Assembly: GCF_001194135.2 (NCBI RefSeq)
Contig: NC_069006.1
Location: 25,409,096 to 25,473,031 of the forward strand
Direction of reading: 5' to 3'
DNA from: Octopus bimaculoides
Lineage: Eukaryota
Length of the DNA stretch: 63,936 nt
Part shown: one piece after another, positions 25,837 to 38,457 of the stretch
Numbering within the stretch: position 1 is the first letter of the stretch
Layout: every line of letters begins with the position of its first letter
Program-made: the position numbers and the translations under genes
The notes under the pieces: generated by a model
Seen by the model: only the letters and a program-made list of their open reading frames with translations
Databases searched by the model: none
What the model was told of the DNA's origin: nothing

Positions 25837-26915
25837 GATGGTGATGATAGTGGTAGTGGCTGTTGAGGCTGCTGTGGTGGTGGTGGTGGTGGTTCACCAA
25901 CACAATGTCACAATCGACTTCCAACCCTAACTGCGCCACCATCAAGCTGTCAGCAATCTCTCGTGTCATGTGACTGCACTTGGTGCAGTCTTGCACATTG
26001 AACGAGCATTTGATGCATCTCTACAAGTGAGTGTGCATATCGGAAATTATATTGCATATTCACCTGCTGAAGTGGGTGGACGTGCGAGTGTGTGTGTGTG
26101 TGTGTGTGTTGAAATGAGAATGTGCGTAAATAATTGAGTAAAATGAGCGTGGCAGGAGCTGAGAGGAGGTGGTGGGGGTGGGGGGTCGTCGTCGTCGTGA
26201 TGAGGGTGATGACAATGATGATGGTGATGATTATGATGACGATGACGACAATAGAGATGATGATGCTGATGGCAGTGGTGGTGGTGGTGGTGGTAGTGGT
26301 GGTGATGACGACGATGGTGGTGATGATACTTTTGGTGATCGGAATAAACAACAATTACGACAAAGACGTGAAAGAGGATAAAGGAAAAGGAGGGGGAGGG
26401 GAGGATGTGATTGGAGGAGGTGGATTAATTAATTAATTACAAGATGGTTTAGATCGAGTTTCATTAGCAAGATAGACAAATAACATCACAAAAGATTTAC
26501 TATTTATACATCAGTGTCAAAGATATAACTAACTGCTAACGGCAAGGATCGTTAGCTGCCTGGTGCTGTTCATTATCTAAGGAAATCGTCAGCCAACGGT
26601 GGCCCTCACCAGCGATGGATTAACCATTAAGCAAAATATGCATGTGCTTAGGGTATCAAGGAGAGTGGGGGGGGCACCACAGAAATGGTAAATGGTTTAC
26701 GGCACAAAAGAAATCACTTTAAACTTGCTATAATAAACAAACAATAATGTGTGAGTTAGTGTGTGAATGCTTTGCATATACAGAGGTATGTGTGTGTGTG
26801 TGTGTTTAATAGTAGCTGTGTGTGTGTGTGTGTGTGTATTGAGAGATTGCATCACTGACCGAATTAACGAATATCAATGTAGCGCATCATTTTAATTGAA
26901 GAGTCTTTAAAATAG

Positions 26916-26960
<45 letters not shown>

Positions 26961-27307
26961 TGGATGTTAATGGAGTGTAAGGGTGATCTTGAGAAGAGGT
27001 GACAGATGTGGTGTGTAGGGGTAGGGGTAGGCGGTGGGAGGGGTTACAGGTTGTAATGGCAGGGGTTGTGGTGGTGTATAGCATGCGTGTGTGTATTGCA
27101 GTGTGTGTAATAGTGTGTGTGTGGGGGGGGGAGTATTGTATGCATGATAATGTGTGTATGTGACAGTGTGTGTGTGTGTACATGCGACAGAATGGTGTGA
27201 CAGTGTATACGTGGCACAACTGTCTCCAGCCCAGTTCAGTCAAAATTCCTGACTTGATGAATGAGGTGACATGGTTCGCATCATTGAAATCTCAAAGCTA
27301 TGAGATA

Positions 27308-27410
27308 GGATAAGTACTAAGCTCACAAAGAATAAGTCCTGGGGTCAATTTGTTCGACTAAAGACGGTGCTCCAGCATGGCCACAGTCAAATGACTGAAA
27401 CAAAGAATAA
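27308..27410 (+). mobile_element. SINE family A, 3' tail
   Basis: gaataagtcctggggtc…ggtgctccagcatggccacagtcaaatgactgaaaca. Confidence 0.85.
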
Positions 27411-28394
27411 ATGGAAAAAAAGAATATTAACGAAAGACACATCGGAAGTCACTTAAAACTGTGTGCCACGTCCACCTTGTCATCTTTGGCAATAGTGACC
27501 CAAAAGAAAATGATTCCATTAGCTTCTGGTAGAATGCTGAGAAGAAGGAAAGACAAAGAATGTAAAATAAAATTTGGTCTGTAATTTTTGGCTGAATCGG
27601 TACCTCTGTGTGTGTTTTGGTAACAAAATCTGGTTACATGAAATTTATTGACATTCATAGCTTATTCAAACTAATTAGTAGTAATTTAAGACTGATTAAT
27701 ACTAAATTGATTGCTACTAATTAATAGTGGAGTTGTTTTGTATAGATTGAAAATATCAATGCTGGGACAGCAAACATTGCTCTGTGTGTGTGTGAGAGAG
27801 AGAGAGAGAGTTTGTACGTGTGTGTATGTGTGTATATACCTGCATACATAAAATCAAATATATATGTATATGTATATATATATACACACACACACATGCA
27901 TACATTCAAATACACATCTACATACATACATAAAAACATTCTCATACACACACACATCACCAGAATGCACATACACCAGCAATTACATATACACCAATAT
28001 AACTGGAATACACATGTAAGCATATATACACATATATACACTCACATGCATATATATATGCACATGTATGTATAGCTATACACACACACACATATGCATA
28101 CGCATACTCATTTATACACATATTCAACAGGAATGCACACACACACACACACACATATATATACACACATGTACACATACATATAACAAAAAATGCTCAT
28201 ATACACACACATACATAACAACAAGCTTCCATACATACATATGCACAAACATGTACACACACATACATGCACATATGCACACACAAACACATATTGACCA
28301 ATTCCAGTATTTATTGATTCTTAGGTCTGAACTAACACAAAAACAAAAAAATAAATAAATTAAATTAAAAGAAGATAAAATATATGAAGTTTGG

Positions 28395-28510
28395 TAAAAA
28401 AAGCAAAATCGATTTCTGCAAAGACTACGACCGTTTATTCAAAGTATCTACCATGTGATGTTGTGCCATTCAAGCCTTTCCGAAGAACCATTCATAGAGC
28501 AAACCTCTGT
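28395..28510 (-). mobile_element. Possible mariner transposase C-terminal relic
   Basis: Minus frame ends …TSHGRYFE*, like the mariner CxxxxGxYFE* terminus; short match. Confidence 0.35.
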
Positions 28511-29489
28511 TGAAGTGCTGAAATAATGAAGATCTTTTTAAAACGAGATTACTCGTTCCATACCACCACCACCACTCCACCCTCCTACGCCACCGATTCC
28601 AATAAAAGGTCACCCATCTGGAAACGTGTTATCTTTGATGGAAGATTCNNNNNNNNNNNNNNNNNNNNNNNNNNNNNNNNNNNNNNNNNNNNNNNNNNNN
28701 NNNNNNNNNNNNNNNNNNNNNNNNNNNNNNNNNNNNNNNNNNNNNNNNNNNNNNNNNNNNNNNNNNNNNNNNNNNNNNNNNNNNNNNNNNNNNNNNNNNN
28801 NNNNNNNNNNNNNNNNNNNNNNNNNNNNNNNNNNNNNNNNNNNNNNNNNNNNNNNNNNNNNNNNNNNNNNNNNNNNNNNNNNNNNNNNNNNNNNNNNNNN
28901 NNNNNNNNNNNNNNNNNNNNNNNNNNNNNNNNNNNNNNNNNNNNNNNNNNNNNNNNNNNNNNNNNNNNNNNNNNNNNNNNNNNNNNNNNNNNNNNNNNNN
29001 NNNNNNNNNNNNNNNNNNNNNNNNNNNNNNNNNNNNNNNNNNNNNNNNNNNNNNNNNNNNNNNNNNNNNNNNNNNNNNNNNNNNNNNNNNNNNNNNNNNN
29101 NNNNNNNNNNNNNNNNNNNNNNNNNNNNNNNNNNNNNNNNNNNNNNNNNTTGTGGTTATTCTGAAGAATTCCTTTTGCTTGGCAAATTTTAAGAAAGTCT
29201 ATTTATTATTTCTGCTATATGGCTTCAATAACCACTCGATTCTTTCGAGGTTTCCCTCCCCCAGACCCACCACCACCACCACCACCACCCGCCTGCACAT
29301 CTCTCTTCTCAAGAAACAATGCTTGTTTTTGTTTTTTGTCTGTTGGATAGACATGAAATACAGATGTCGAATGGAGAGACAGACACTGTGGAAATGGCGA
29401 TTGCGAACATACATTAATGTGTGTGTGTGTGTGTGTACATACACACATATATATATATATGCGCACACATATTTAGTATGTAGGTGTCT

Positions 29490-29790
29490 AGAATATAAAT
29501 GTTGGCTGGATAGATAGACAGAGTTTGTAGATGTTGGCTAGATGCAAATAGTGTGTAGATGTTGACTGGACAGATGGACACAGTGTGTAGATATTGACTG
29601 GATAGATAGGTGGATAGATAGGTAGATAGATAGATAGATCGATAGATAGGCAGGCAGACAGACAGACAGGTTGATAGATAGATTGACAGGCAGATGCGTG
29701 GATAAAAAGACAAGGTACATCAATAGTTAGATAGATAAATAGATGCATAAATGGATGACCAAACAGATGGATGGCTACATTCACACACAC
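29490..29790. repeat. (GATA/GACA)n tetranucleotide region
   Basis: Directly visible. Confidence 0.85.
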
Positions 29791-30024
29791 ACAGAAGAGC
29801 TAACCTTTTAATATCGTTTCTTGCACAATTTCCAATCATTTCCTCTTCTCATATGGCTAATCAATAATCAATACTGAACCAATTTCTCATGATCTCCTTC
29901 ACTTCAGTATTTCTTTCTCTCTTTTTTTCCCCCTTTTTTCTCAGTTACGACCCTTACTGTTCCCCATCACCATCTATTCTGTGGTTCCTCAAGTTAATAT
30001 TTGGGAAATTTTCCTCATAAGATT

Positions 30025-30560
30025 TTGGTCAAGGTAGAAGACACTTGTCCAATGGTAGAAGACGCGGTCCAAGAAGTGCCACACACACACACTGGGATTG
30101 AACCGAAATCCATGTAGTTGGGAAGCCAACTTCTAAACCACATGACCATACTTGTGCTCTCTCCAGCCTTTAAGGACTGTGGTCGATTAAATTCATCAGC
30201 ACCATTCCACCAAAGTGCAATCATGACAGCTTGGTGTCTAAGAAGCCAGGCAGTGGAACTGAACCCAGAACCATGTGGTTACCACACAGCCTCGCCTGCA
30301 CCTATGAGTGGATGTGGTAGATGGAAACTGAAAGAAGCCCATTTCATGTGTGCGTGCATGTCTTTCTGCTTGTCCCACACCACTGCTTGACAACCGATGC
30401 TGGTTTGTTTATGTCCCCGTAACTTGGCACCGATAGAATAAGTGTTGGGGTTTTAAAAGAGAATACCAAGTACTGTAGTCAATTCATTCAACTAAAAACT
30501 CTTTGAGGCAGTGCCGTAGCATGGCCACAGTCTAATGACTGACACAAAAAAATATAAGAT
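30025..30560. mobile_element. SINE family A pieces: head on - (30025-30145), body and tail on + (30305-30560)
   Basis: Consensus motifs present in both orientations. Confidence 0.75.
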
Positions 30561-30572
30561 AAAATATAAACA

Positions 30573-30605
<33 letters not shown>

Positions 30606-31419
30606 TACACCTACATACATGCATATATGCAGACATTTGCACCTTTGTGTGTGTGTGTGTGTGTGTGTGCTAGGTTTATTTTACCTGCGTATTCATTATG
30701 TGGCTACCATTTCACATTCACTCTACCATTTTACACACACACACACGATTTATCCATTATTCACCAATAAAAGTATAAATAAAAATAGTAAGTAAAAAGA
30801 CATTTTATATCGTGCAACATAAAAAAATAAAGATACATCAATTTAATACCTGATAAAACATTTAGTTTTCTTCTATTTTTGTTTTTTTTAATTTTCTCTC
30901 TAAGTTGTCAAGTGAAAAAGTAATGAGATGACAGCACAAACTGAAGGATTTTAACAGAAAAAAAAAAGAGTACGGTCGTATTTTAAAACAGGAAGAAATG
31001 TTGCTGAGATATATCAATAGTCGAGTAGCAACAAATGTTAGAGCAAAATATTTTGAGTTCTTCATGTTTGTAGCTATTCTATTCTTTATTTTTGGTTGAC
31101 AAAATAACAGTATAAGTATAAATAGTTACCTCTCCTTCTGTAGCATCATTGTGTGGTTATGTCTGATTCTCAACAGCATACTTCTCAGTCAGACTGTTAC
31201 TACATGTGTAACAACCTGGAGAAGTATTTTTACCACAGTATCAGGTTGATTGTATCAAATTCCATTCATGAGCAGAATTTGGTTGGAAGTAAAAGTAACT
31301 GTACAGAAGATCTATACACACACACATATATAAACGTTTGGAGTAATCCCTTACTATTTACAAATATATATATATTAGGTTGTCGTCAAGTATGAAATTT
31401 GATAAATAGAGTACCAATC

Positions 31420-31720
31420 CCAAGTGGGCAGACTGATAGGATTCCTTGTGGTGTTTGTTCCACCCCATTGCTAACTTTCAGGCCAGATTTCCAGTTTGAG
31501 AACGCCTTCCCTCTCTCCCCTCTTCTCTCCCGGAGGTTCTGAAAATGGCCATGGCCACTGCCTCTCCACCCTAACCAAAAGAAACCATTCCATCTTCAGT
31601 TTCCATAGAATTCAGAAGACAAGAGAGAATTTATTTTGTGGTAAGGATGTCTATTGCAGGAAGAATCCCAGAATGCATTGCAAAAATATAAATAGACAGA
31701 ATTTCATTGATATGTATGAA
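31420..31720 (-). mobile_element. Probable RTE LINE relic
   Basis: Minus translation CILG…EWFLLVRVERQWPWPFSEPPGEKRG resembles RTE ILG…RWxGHVxRMExxRxPK…GKR. Confidence 0.35.
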
Positions 31721-32599
31721 CGTAATTTAAATCTTCAAGTGAAGTTAGGCCCAGGAGGGATATTTTCTCGAAGGGTGATAGAGATGAAATTTGAAGTGAC
31801 TTCTGTAATTGCTGGTTAACCATTCCTCAGGCTCTTCTCACCTCTCTCTCTCTTTCATATGATACCAACTATAATTAACTGAAGGCTAATTATTAAAATG
31901 TAATCAAAAAGGTGTCTAGACACAAACTAATTTACATAACACCAAAGTGGACTGCTGACTAAGCAGCAGTGTCGGTTAAAGAAGACAGCTTATAATAACA
32001 TGGATGGAGTCCGGAACATTCATTTATAAACTGAGACTGAATACACACACACACATTTTCACATACATACAAACATATTCACATACACACACACACACAC
32101 TCACATACACATATATTCACATACACATACACTGAAATTGGTGTTGAGACTCCTTTGTTATTACATATTTATTCAAGTCCCTCTTTCTGCCTATACTTTC
32201 ACTGTTTCTTCCTTTTACCTATACTTTCACTGTTTCTGCTCCTGCCAATGCTAAAGGATTAAATATACAAAATATGTATAGGGGCCAGACCCCTTCTGAG
32301 TCTGGTATGCCTTAGACAGAGGGATTCTCTTCAGCTTTTTTATCCATATCTGGGGGCCTTGACAGGTCCTACCACTCAGTGCAGACCAGGAAACTGTGGT
32401 GACTACGGAGTATCTCTATACTCCCCAAAACTCCTGGATGCCCATGCTGGAGCTTCCCCATCAGATGTAGTTTAATGTTTGACCCCCATTTTCGTATTTT
32501 CTTTAAAGGGCTGCATTTTCTATTGAAAGAATAAGAATATTTTCTCAAGATAACCATTTTTGTTTATTATTTCTCAAAGAGAAATAAAAACCTAATGTT

Positions 32600-32830
32600 G
32601 GGCCAATTCAGACTTGAGAGCTCTCTTAAAAACAGAGAGAGAGAGAGATGGGGCAGAAAGAAAGAGAGAGAGGAGCAGAAAGAGAGAGAGAGAGAGGCAG
32701 AAAGAAAGAGAGAGAGAGAGAGGTGCAGAAAGAAAGAGAAAGAGAGACAGACAGAAAGAGAGAGTAAGAGAGAAAGAGAGAGTAAGAGAGAAAGAGAGGG
32801 TAAGAGAGAAAGAGAGAGGTTTGTGTTTTT
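32600..32830. repeat. (GA)n region with 18-bp unit aaagagagagtaagagag x3
   Basis: Directly visible. Confidence 0.85.
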
Positions 32831-33455
32831 GGCAGAGAAGTTTTATGCTTAAGGGGGTACAAAACAAGAGCAAGAAAAAAAAAGGCAGAAAATAATAACA
32901 ACAACAACACCAAGCAAACAGAGAAGAAACAAAGAAAGGTCGATAAACTGAAGAAATCTAATATTATTTGGCAAAGTGACCAAAAGAAAACATTGAAAGA
33001 TGGTTTGTGTCCTGTCAGATCTTTGCTGCTTTAAATGAAGGCCAAACACAAAAAATAAACACTCATTTTCTCTCGCCATATAATCTACTCTTAAATACTA
33101 ATAATAATAATTACACCACACTCCGCAGCTAGATTATCATCATCGTCGTCATCATTATTATTATTACTATGCTGTTGGTGTTGTTGTTGTGAAACCAAGG
33201 TTATTTTGAGGGGGGGGGGTTGTATTTTGTTTCAGTGAATTTTTTTTTCGATAATTTTTAGATTGATGTCTTTAGATTCCAACGTAAATATTTGTAATGG
33301 CTTTTATCAGGCTAAAATAGACAAGTCTTCATTCTTACAACACTTAATGATAAAATAATAATAATAATAATAATGGTAATAATGATGATGATGATGACGA
33401 AGATGGCGAACAATATTTTCTTCCACTAGTAACTATTAACAACTACTACTACTAC

Positions 33456-33486
<31 letters not shown>

Positions 33487-34427
33487 CCTTTCTATTACTA
33501 TTAACTGTGAAGGTGGATGGCTTAATGGTTTGCGTATTCGGCTTGCAATCGTAAGGTCGTGAGTTTGATTCTTGGTGAAGCACTGTCTTTTTTTTATATA
33601 CATACATACCTACATGTGTATAGTTTCGTTCACAATTGTCCAACAAATGGGAACATGAAACTCTGAGTAACTGTTCTCTGAAAATTTTGCAACTTTAATA
33701 AAAGCATATTTCTCTACCTTTGGTATTCGAGTACTATTTTCCCCCCACCTTGTTTTGCACTTATATATGTGTATATACATACACACACACACACACACAT
33801 CTATATATATATAAAACATATATATGTATGTATATATGAGTCTATGTATCATGCAACTGTTCAGAGGAAATAAAAAAATAAAAACTTCTTTGGGTTGCAG
33901 AATACAGATGGTTTCCACTTTAATTCCATGATGTTAGTTACATCAGTGATGTGGCCCTTTATGATTTCAGTAACATAGAAAGAAACAAACAAAAAGCCCT
34001 ACCAAAATCCTAGAATATCAGAGCAAATCATAAAAAAAAGTGCTTTCGGCAAGCTATTTCCACGTCCTCTCCGCCCCTCCCTCAGCATACATGAAAGGCA
34101 AGGCTGTTCTCGTGATATAAACATCTATATCTCTTTATCCGTGTCATAACTTGATTCCAAAGTTGTCTCTTAACCTCAATGTGATAAATCTTTCTCAACA
34201 TATATTATTGGCTTGCATCAATAAAAAAAGCATATATATATATATAAATAAAACCACCGTTTTTGTATGCTTTCTGCCAATAGATAATATCGGTAAAGTC
34301 TTTGACAGTATTCCCCATTACCTGGTCTTCAATAATTTCTTTACTGGAGACATTAAATGATGATGATGATGTGTGTGATTGTGTCTATATCTATCTATCT
34401 ATCTATGTCTCTATATCTATAGATCTA

Positions 34428-34464
<37 letters not shown>

Positions 34465-34495
34465 TAGTATATAAATATATTTATGGGTTTATATA

Positions 34496-34669
34496 CAAGG
34501 GAGAGCAGATAAGTTTCTAGCTTTAAGGGTATCGCGAAAGGCCTGGTTGGAGGCTCAATCTTCTGACTTCTTTTACAGGGCTTACAAAAACTGAAAGACT
34601 GCTGCAATAAATGCGTGAATCTGAAGAGGGGAATATGCTGCATAAAATTATCATTAATTGATCCTCCTG
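34496..34669 (-). mobile_element. Tc1/mariner-type MITE, copy 2 (TA-flanked on both sides)
   Basis: ta|caagg…cctg|ta; reverse complement of the 9607 and 50995 copies. Confidence 0.7.
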
Positions 34670-34914
34670 TAGTCTCTTTTGCCTAAAGCCAGAAACTTTT
34701 TAGCACCCCGTGGTTAATAAAGAAAGGTTAACTATCTATCGATCAATCAGCCAATCTGTCTATCTATCTATCTATCAATCAATCTATCTATTTATCTTCC
34801 TCCTCCTCCCTTCCCCATTCCTCCTCTATCTACCTGTTTCTATCTATCTATCAAGCTAGCTAGCTAGCTATCTATCAATATATACATACATGCGTAAATA
34901 TATATATATATATA

Positions 34915-35129
34915 GGTAATCTTCAAGTTTAGGGGGGTAAACTGAACGACTTACCAGTATTATCCGTTTTCTTCTAGCTGTTTATAAATAAATCACACCC
35001 TAACCCTAACGTCAATCAAATCACGTGTGTGATTTATTTATAAACAGAGATGTACGGAGAATACTGGTAAGACGTTCAGTTACTTCCCTTGAATATTTTT
35101 TTTTTATCCCCCTAAACTTGAAGATTACC
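34915..35129. mobile_element. Foldback MITE with GGTA termini and a CCCTAA core
   Basis: Outer TIR ggtaatcttcaagtttaggggg (34915) / cccctaaacttgaagattacc (ends 35129); inner ~65-bp inverted arms; centre ccctaaccctaac; inserted in (TA)n. Confidence 0.85.
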
Positions 35130-35150
35130 ATATATATATATATATATATA

Positions 35151-35256
35151 TACTCTTACTCTTTTACACTTTTACTTGTTTCAGTCATTTCACTGCGGCC
35201 ATGCTGGAGCACCACCTTTAGTCGAGCAAATCGACTGTGGGACTTATTCTATCGGT
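35151..35256 (-). mobile_element. SINE family A, 3' tail
   Basis: cttgtttcagtcattt…ccatgctggagcaccacctttagtcgagc. Confidence 0.85.
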
Positions 35257-35324
35257 ATCATAAGGATTTCAAGGTCCAACTCTACAAAAGAATTAGGTGA
35301 TACGGTTGACATAATAACTCACTG

Positions 35325-35455
35325 GTTCTGTATTTTAACGAACCCTGGAAAGATAGAAAACAAGACTGACCTCTGGCAGGATTTGAACTCGGAACATAAA
35401 CAGCCTGAAAGAATTCTGCAAAGTATTTTCTCCAAAGCTGTCATGATTCTACTGA
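35325..35455 (-). mobile_element. SINE family B, diverged
   Basis: gacctctggcaggatttgaactcggaac. Confidence 0.55.
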
Positions 35456-35559
35456 CATCCTTTCTTTATATAAAATATTAAATAATATCTTTCGTTTCAG
35501 AAAAAAAACACATTAAAGACTGCCATGTGTACGATAAATGTCATAATCCACATATCGCA

Positions 35560-35880
35560 GCGAATAACAACCGCCTCTCTCGCTCTTTCTCTCTCTCTCT
35601 TTCTCACTGTCTCCCTCACACTCTCTCTCTTTCTCTTACACACTCTTTCTCTCTCTCTCTTAGTGTCTCGCTGTCGCTTTTTCCCCTACTACTCTCACTT
35701 TTCTCTCTCTTTCTCACTGTCTCTCTTTTTCTCACTCTCTCTTGCTGTCTTTCTCTCTTTTTCTCTCTCTCTCCCTTGCTGTGTCTTGCTTTCTCTCTCT
35801 CTGGCTTTCTGTGTCTCACTTTTCCCCCTCTCTTTGTCTCTCCTCTCTCTCTCCTTCTCTCTCTCCCACTCTCTAGACAT
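35560..35880. repeat. (CT)n low-complexity tract
   Basis: Directly visible. Confidence 0.9.
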
Positions 35881-36437
35881 ATCAGTAAGGACTGACATAT
35901 ATCTCAGCAAGAAAATATTTCGTAAATAAACAATAAAACTGACATTTCGTTTTATACCTCAAAATAAAACATTAAAACGAAAAAAAAAAAAAAAATACAG
36001 ATACATAAAACAACATAACTCTATAAACCCGACTCCCACCAAAGATAAAAGATGGCAGCAGGGGTGCGGTGTGAGGAAGAGCCATTTACATATGTATATA
36101 CACATCTATATTAGATTATAACGCGAGATATATTAAGCTGTATTGGGTAATAAAACTCTCAAGGAATATCTATATATATAGATATATCTGTTGCGGTATT
36201 TCTGAGCTGATATTGGAAAACATGGCTAGTTTTTAGAGATGTTTAGAGATAATTTTATAACTGAGCTTATTTGATAAGACCCAACAATTTTAATTGCTTC
36301 CATTTCACCCTTGTTTTTAGGAGGGGGTGGTGGCCTTTATTTTGTTATCTTTGCTTGATTGTTTGTTTACACTGTGACCATTTTGGTAGCAGCATTTTCA
36401 AATATTTTCATTGTTATTATTATTATTGTTGTTCTTG

Positions 36438-36658
36438 TTAAGGCAGCGGGCTGGTAGAATCGTTAGCATGCCAGGTGAAATGCTTCGCGGTATTTTGCCC
36501 GTTGCTACATTCTGAGTTCAAATTCCGGTGAGGTCGACTTTACCTTTCATCCTTTTGGGGTCGATAAATCAAGTACCAGTTGAGTACTGGGGGTTGATCT
36601 AATCGACTGGCCCCCTCCCCCAAATACAGGCCTTGTGCCTATAATGGAAAGGATTATT
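36438..36658 (+). mobile_element. SINE family B, full length
   Basis: aaggcagcgggctggtagaatcgttagc (A-box)…gagttcaaatt (B-box)…ggccttgtgcct…(TTA)n tail. Confidence 0.92.
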
Positions 36659-37039
36659 ATTATTGTTATTATTATTATAGTTAAGGCAGAATCCTGTTTA
36701 TATTAACCCTGCACAAAACACAATACAACAATATTACTAGCTGTTTCGTAACATCCTGCATAATTAATAAACTCAATATATTGAATAACCAAATGGCCTT
36801 TACATAATACAATGATCTTTAAAACTAGTTTATCATAACATCCGCCCTCTTCCATCGCACACCTGTCACCCCCTGTTCCAGTACCCACATTAACCCACTG
36901 GGGTACTGCAGTGTTCAGGGTGTTAAAGTATTGAGAGAAATGGTTAATTAGTTGTGGGATTGACTTAGCTTTTTAATTGAGTGGTAATAGCTTTTAATGT
37001 AATAAACGAATTAAAAATATATTTTCAGTTAACGAAACA

Positions 37040-37245
37040 ATGGAAGACTGCGCCTGCATCTGGGGCAGTGCTGCTGTTGTTACAGTTGCACCCATCACTG
37101 CTGCTTCCCCCACCTCCATCACCACTTTTATCACTGCTGGCGCTGCTGCTCTCGCAGTCACCACTGTTGCTGTGCATATTGACATCCTGGACTGCATCCA
37201 GAAAAGGGCCACTTGACTGATTAACATTCAGTCACTAACGAATAG
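37040..37245 (+). mobile_element. CR1/L2-group LINE relic (post-RT region)
   Basis: MEDCACIWGSA…ILDCIQKRAT*LIN, cf. MEYCSHIWG…LDRIQKRAxRLI. Confidence 0.6.
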
Positions 37246-37350
37246 AATTTGCTGTAAACAATTGAAACATTAATAAATAAAAATAGCCATCTATGTATCA
37301 TACCTAATGTATAAAAACAAACTAGCACTTTGTCAGTTATGAAGAGTGCT

Positions 37351-37545
37351 AGTACTCAGCCACATGTATGTTAATTTCTTGAGCAGGTTGTTCCATTGAT
37401 CAACCTGCTCAAGAAATTAACATACATGTGGCTGAGTACTCCACAGACATGTATACCCTTAATGTAGTTCTCAGGGTGATTCAGCATGGCACACCAAATG
37501 TGACAAGGTTGGCCCCCTTGAAACACAGATACTATTCATTCTTTC
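37351..37545 (-). mobile_element. Family G repeat carrying an inverted duplication
   Basis: ctgagtactccacagacat…gtagttctcaggg…ttcagc is the reverse complement of 55860-56020. Confidence 0.75.
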
Positions 37546-38175
37546 AGATGGCTTCCAGCCCTCCTTTTTCTCATCTACAACTTTGATCTCTATGCTCCCC
37601 GATAAAATTGCCTGTTCACCCATATATCAAGTAATTCCTGAAAAACAGAGACATAAAAATAATCATCGAATATAGTCTGAACACCCTGTAATGTTAAGCT
37701 GTCACATCGTACCCTCTTGTGGGTGATGGTTAAACAAAGCAGTGATGGAAATGAAATGGAGTGTTTATGGCAACCTAGAACTGAAACCACAGACTGCACA
37801 TTTGGCTTTTCAAGAAAGTAAGAGCCATATTACATGTTCAAAATGATTAATTTATCCATCTTTTGTTTAAAAAATGGAAGAAACTAAAAAATCGAGTCAA
37901 GGAGAAAAAAATTTCCTGATGTTTTACAGGAAACTTCCTTCCTTCATCAATAATTGCCATTATGATTTCGGAAATTTAATTATTTCAAGTATCGTTAGCT
38001 CCAATGAACAATTTCTTGAGGACAAAGGAGAAAGAAAACTGAAGCCAGTTATTGTAGGGGAATCAATTAGATGAATCAATTCTCCGATAGAACAATTAGT
38101 CTCAGAAGGACCATTCATTAGAAACAAGAAAGAAAAAAATTTGAAAAAAATAAAAATGAACATGCATAGGAGCCA

Positions 38176-38457
38176 GTGTGGGTGTGTGGTAAGATGTTTG
38201 GTTCTCAACTACATGGTTCTAGGTTCAGTCCCACAGTGTGGCACCTTGGGCTACCCACAGCCTGGTCAGTGGATTTGATAATGGAAACTGAAAGAGGCCC
38301 ATCCTTTATATATATATATAGGCGCAGATATGTCTGTGAGGTAAGAAGCTTACTTCCCAACCACATGATTCTAGGTTCAGTCCCACTGCGTGGCACCTTG
38401 AGCAAGTGTCTTCTACTATAACCCCAGGCCAACCAAAGCTTTGTCAGTGGATTTGGT
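38176..38457 (+). mobile_element. Two SINE family A 5' halves in tandem (38176-38305, 38336-38457)
   Basis: Two ggttcagtcccac…ggcaccttg heads. Confidence 0.85.

Larger units (their letters stand above)
21800..26430. repeat. Large cryptic trinucleotide region (GGT/GAT and ACC/ATC blocks)
   Basis: Directly visible; source of the poly-V/T/H/D/G ORFs on both strands. Confidence 0.9.

Noticed and set aside
25898-26020. Minus-strand 123-nt exon-like frame RCIKCSFNVQDCTKCSH…
   Set aside because: The plus strand reads DFQP*LRHHQAVSNLS, like the L2/CR1 tail seen at 50200, so an antisense by-product is at least as likely; left uncalled.
36438-36530. tRNA-like A and B boxes in SINE heads
   Set aside because: No full cloverleaf or acceptor stem; they run into SINE bodies, so they are not tRNA genes.
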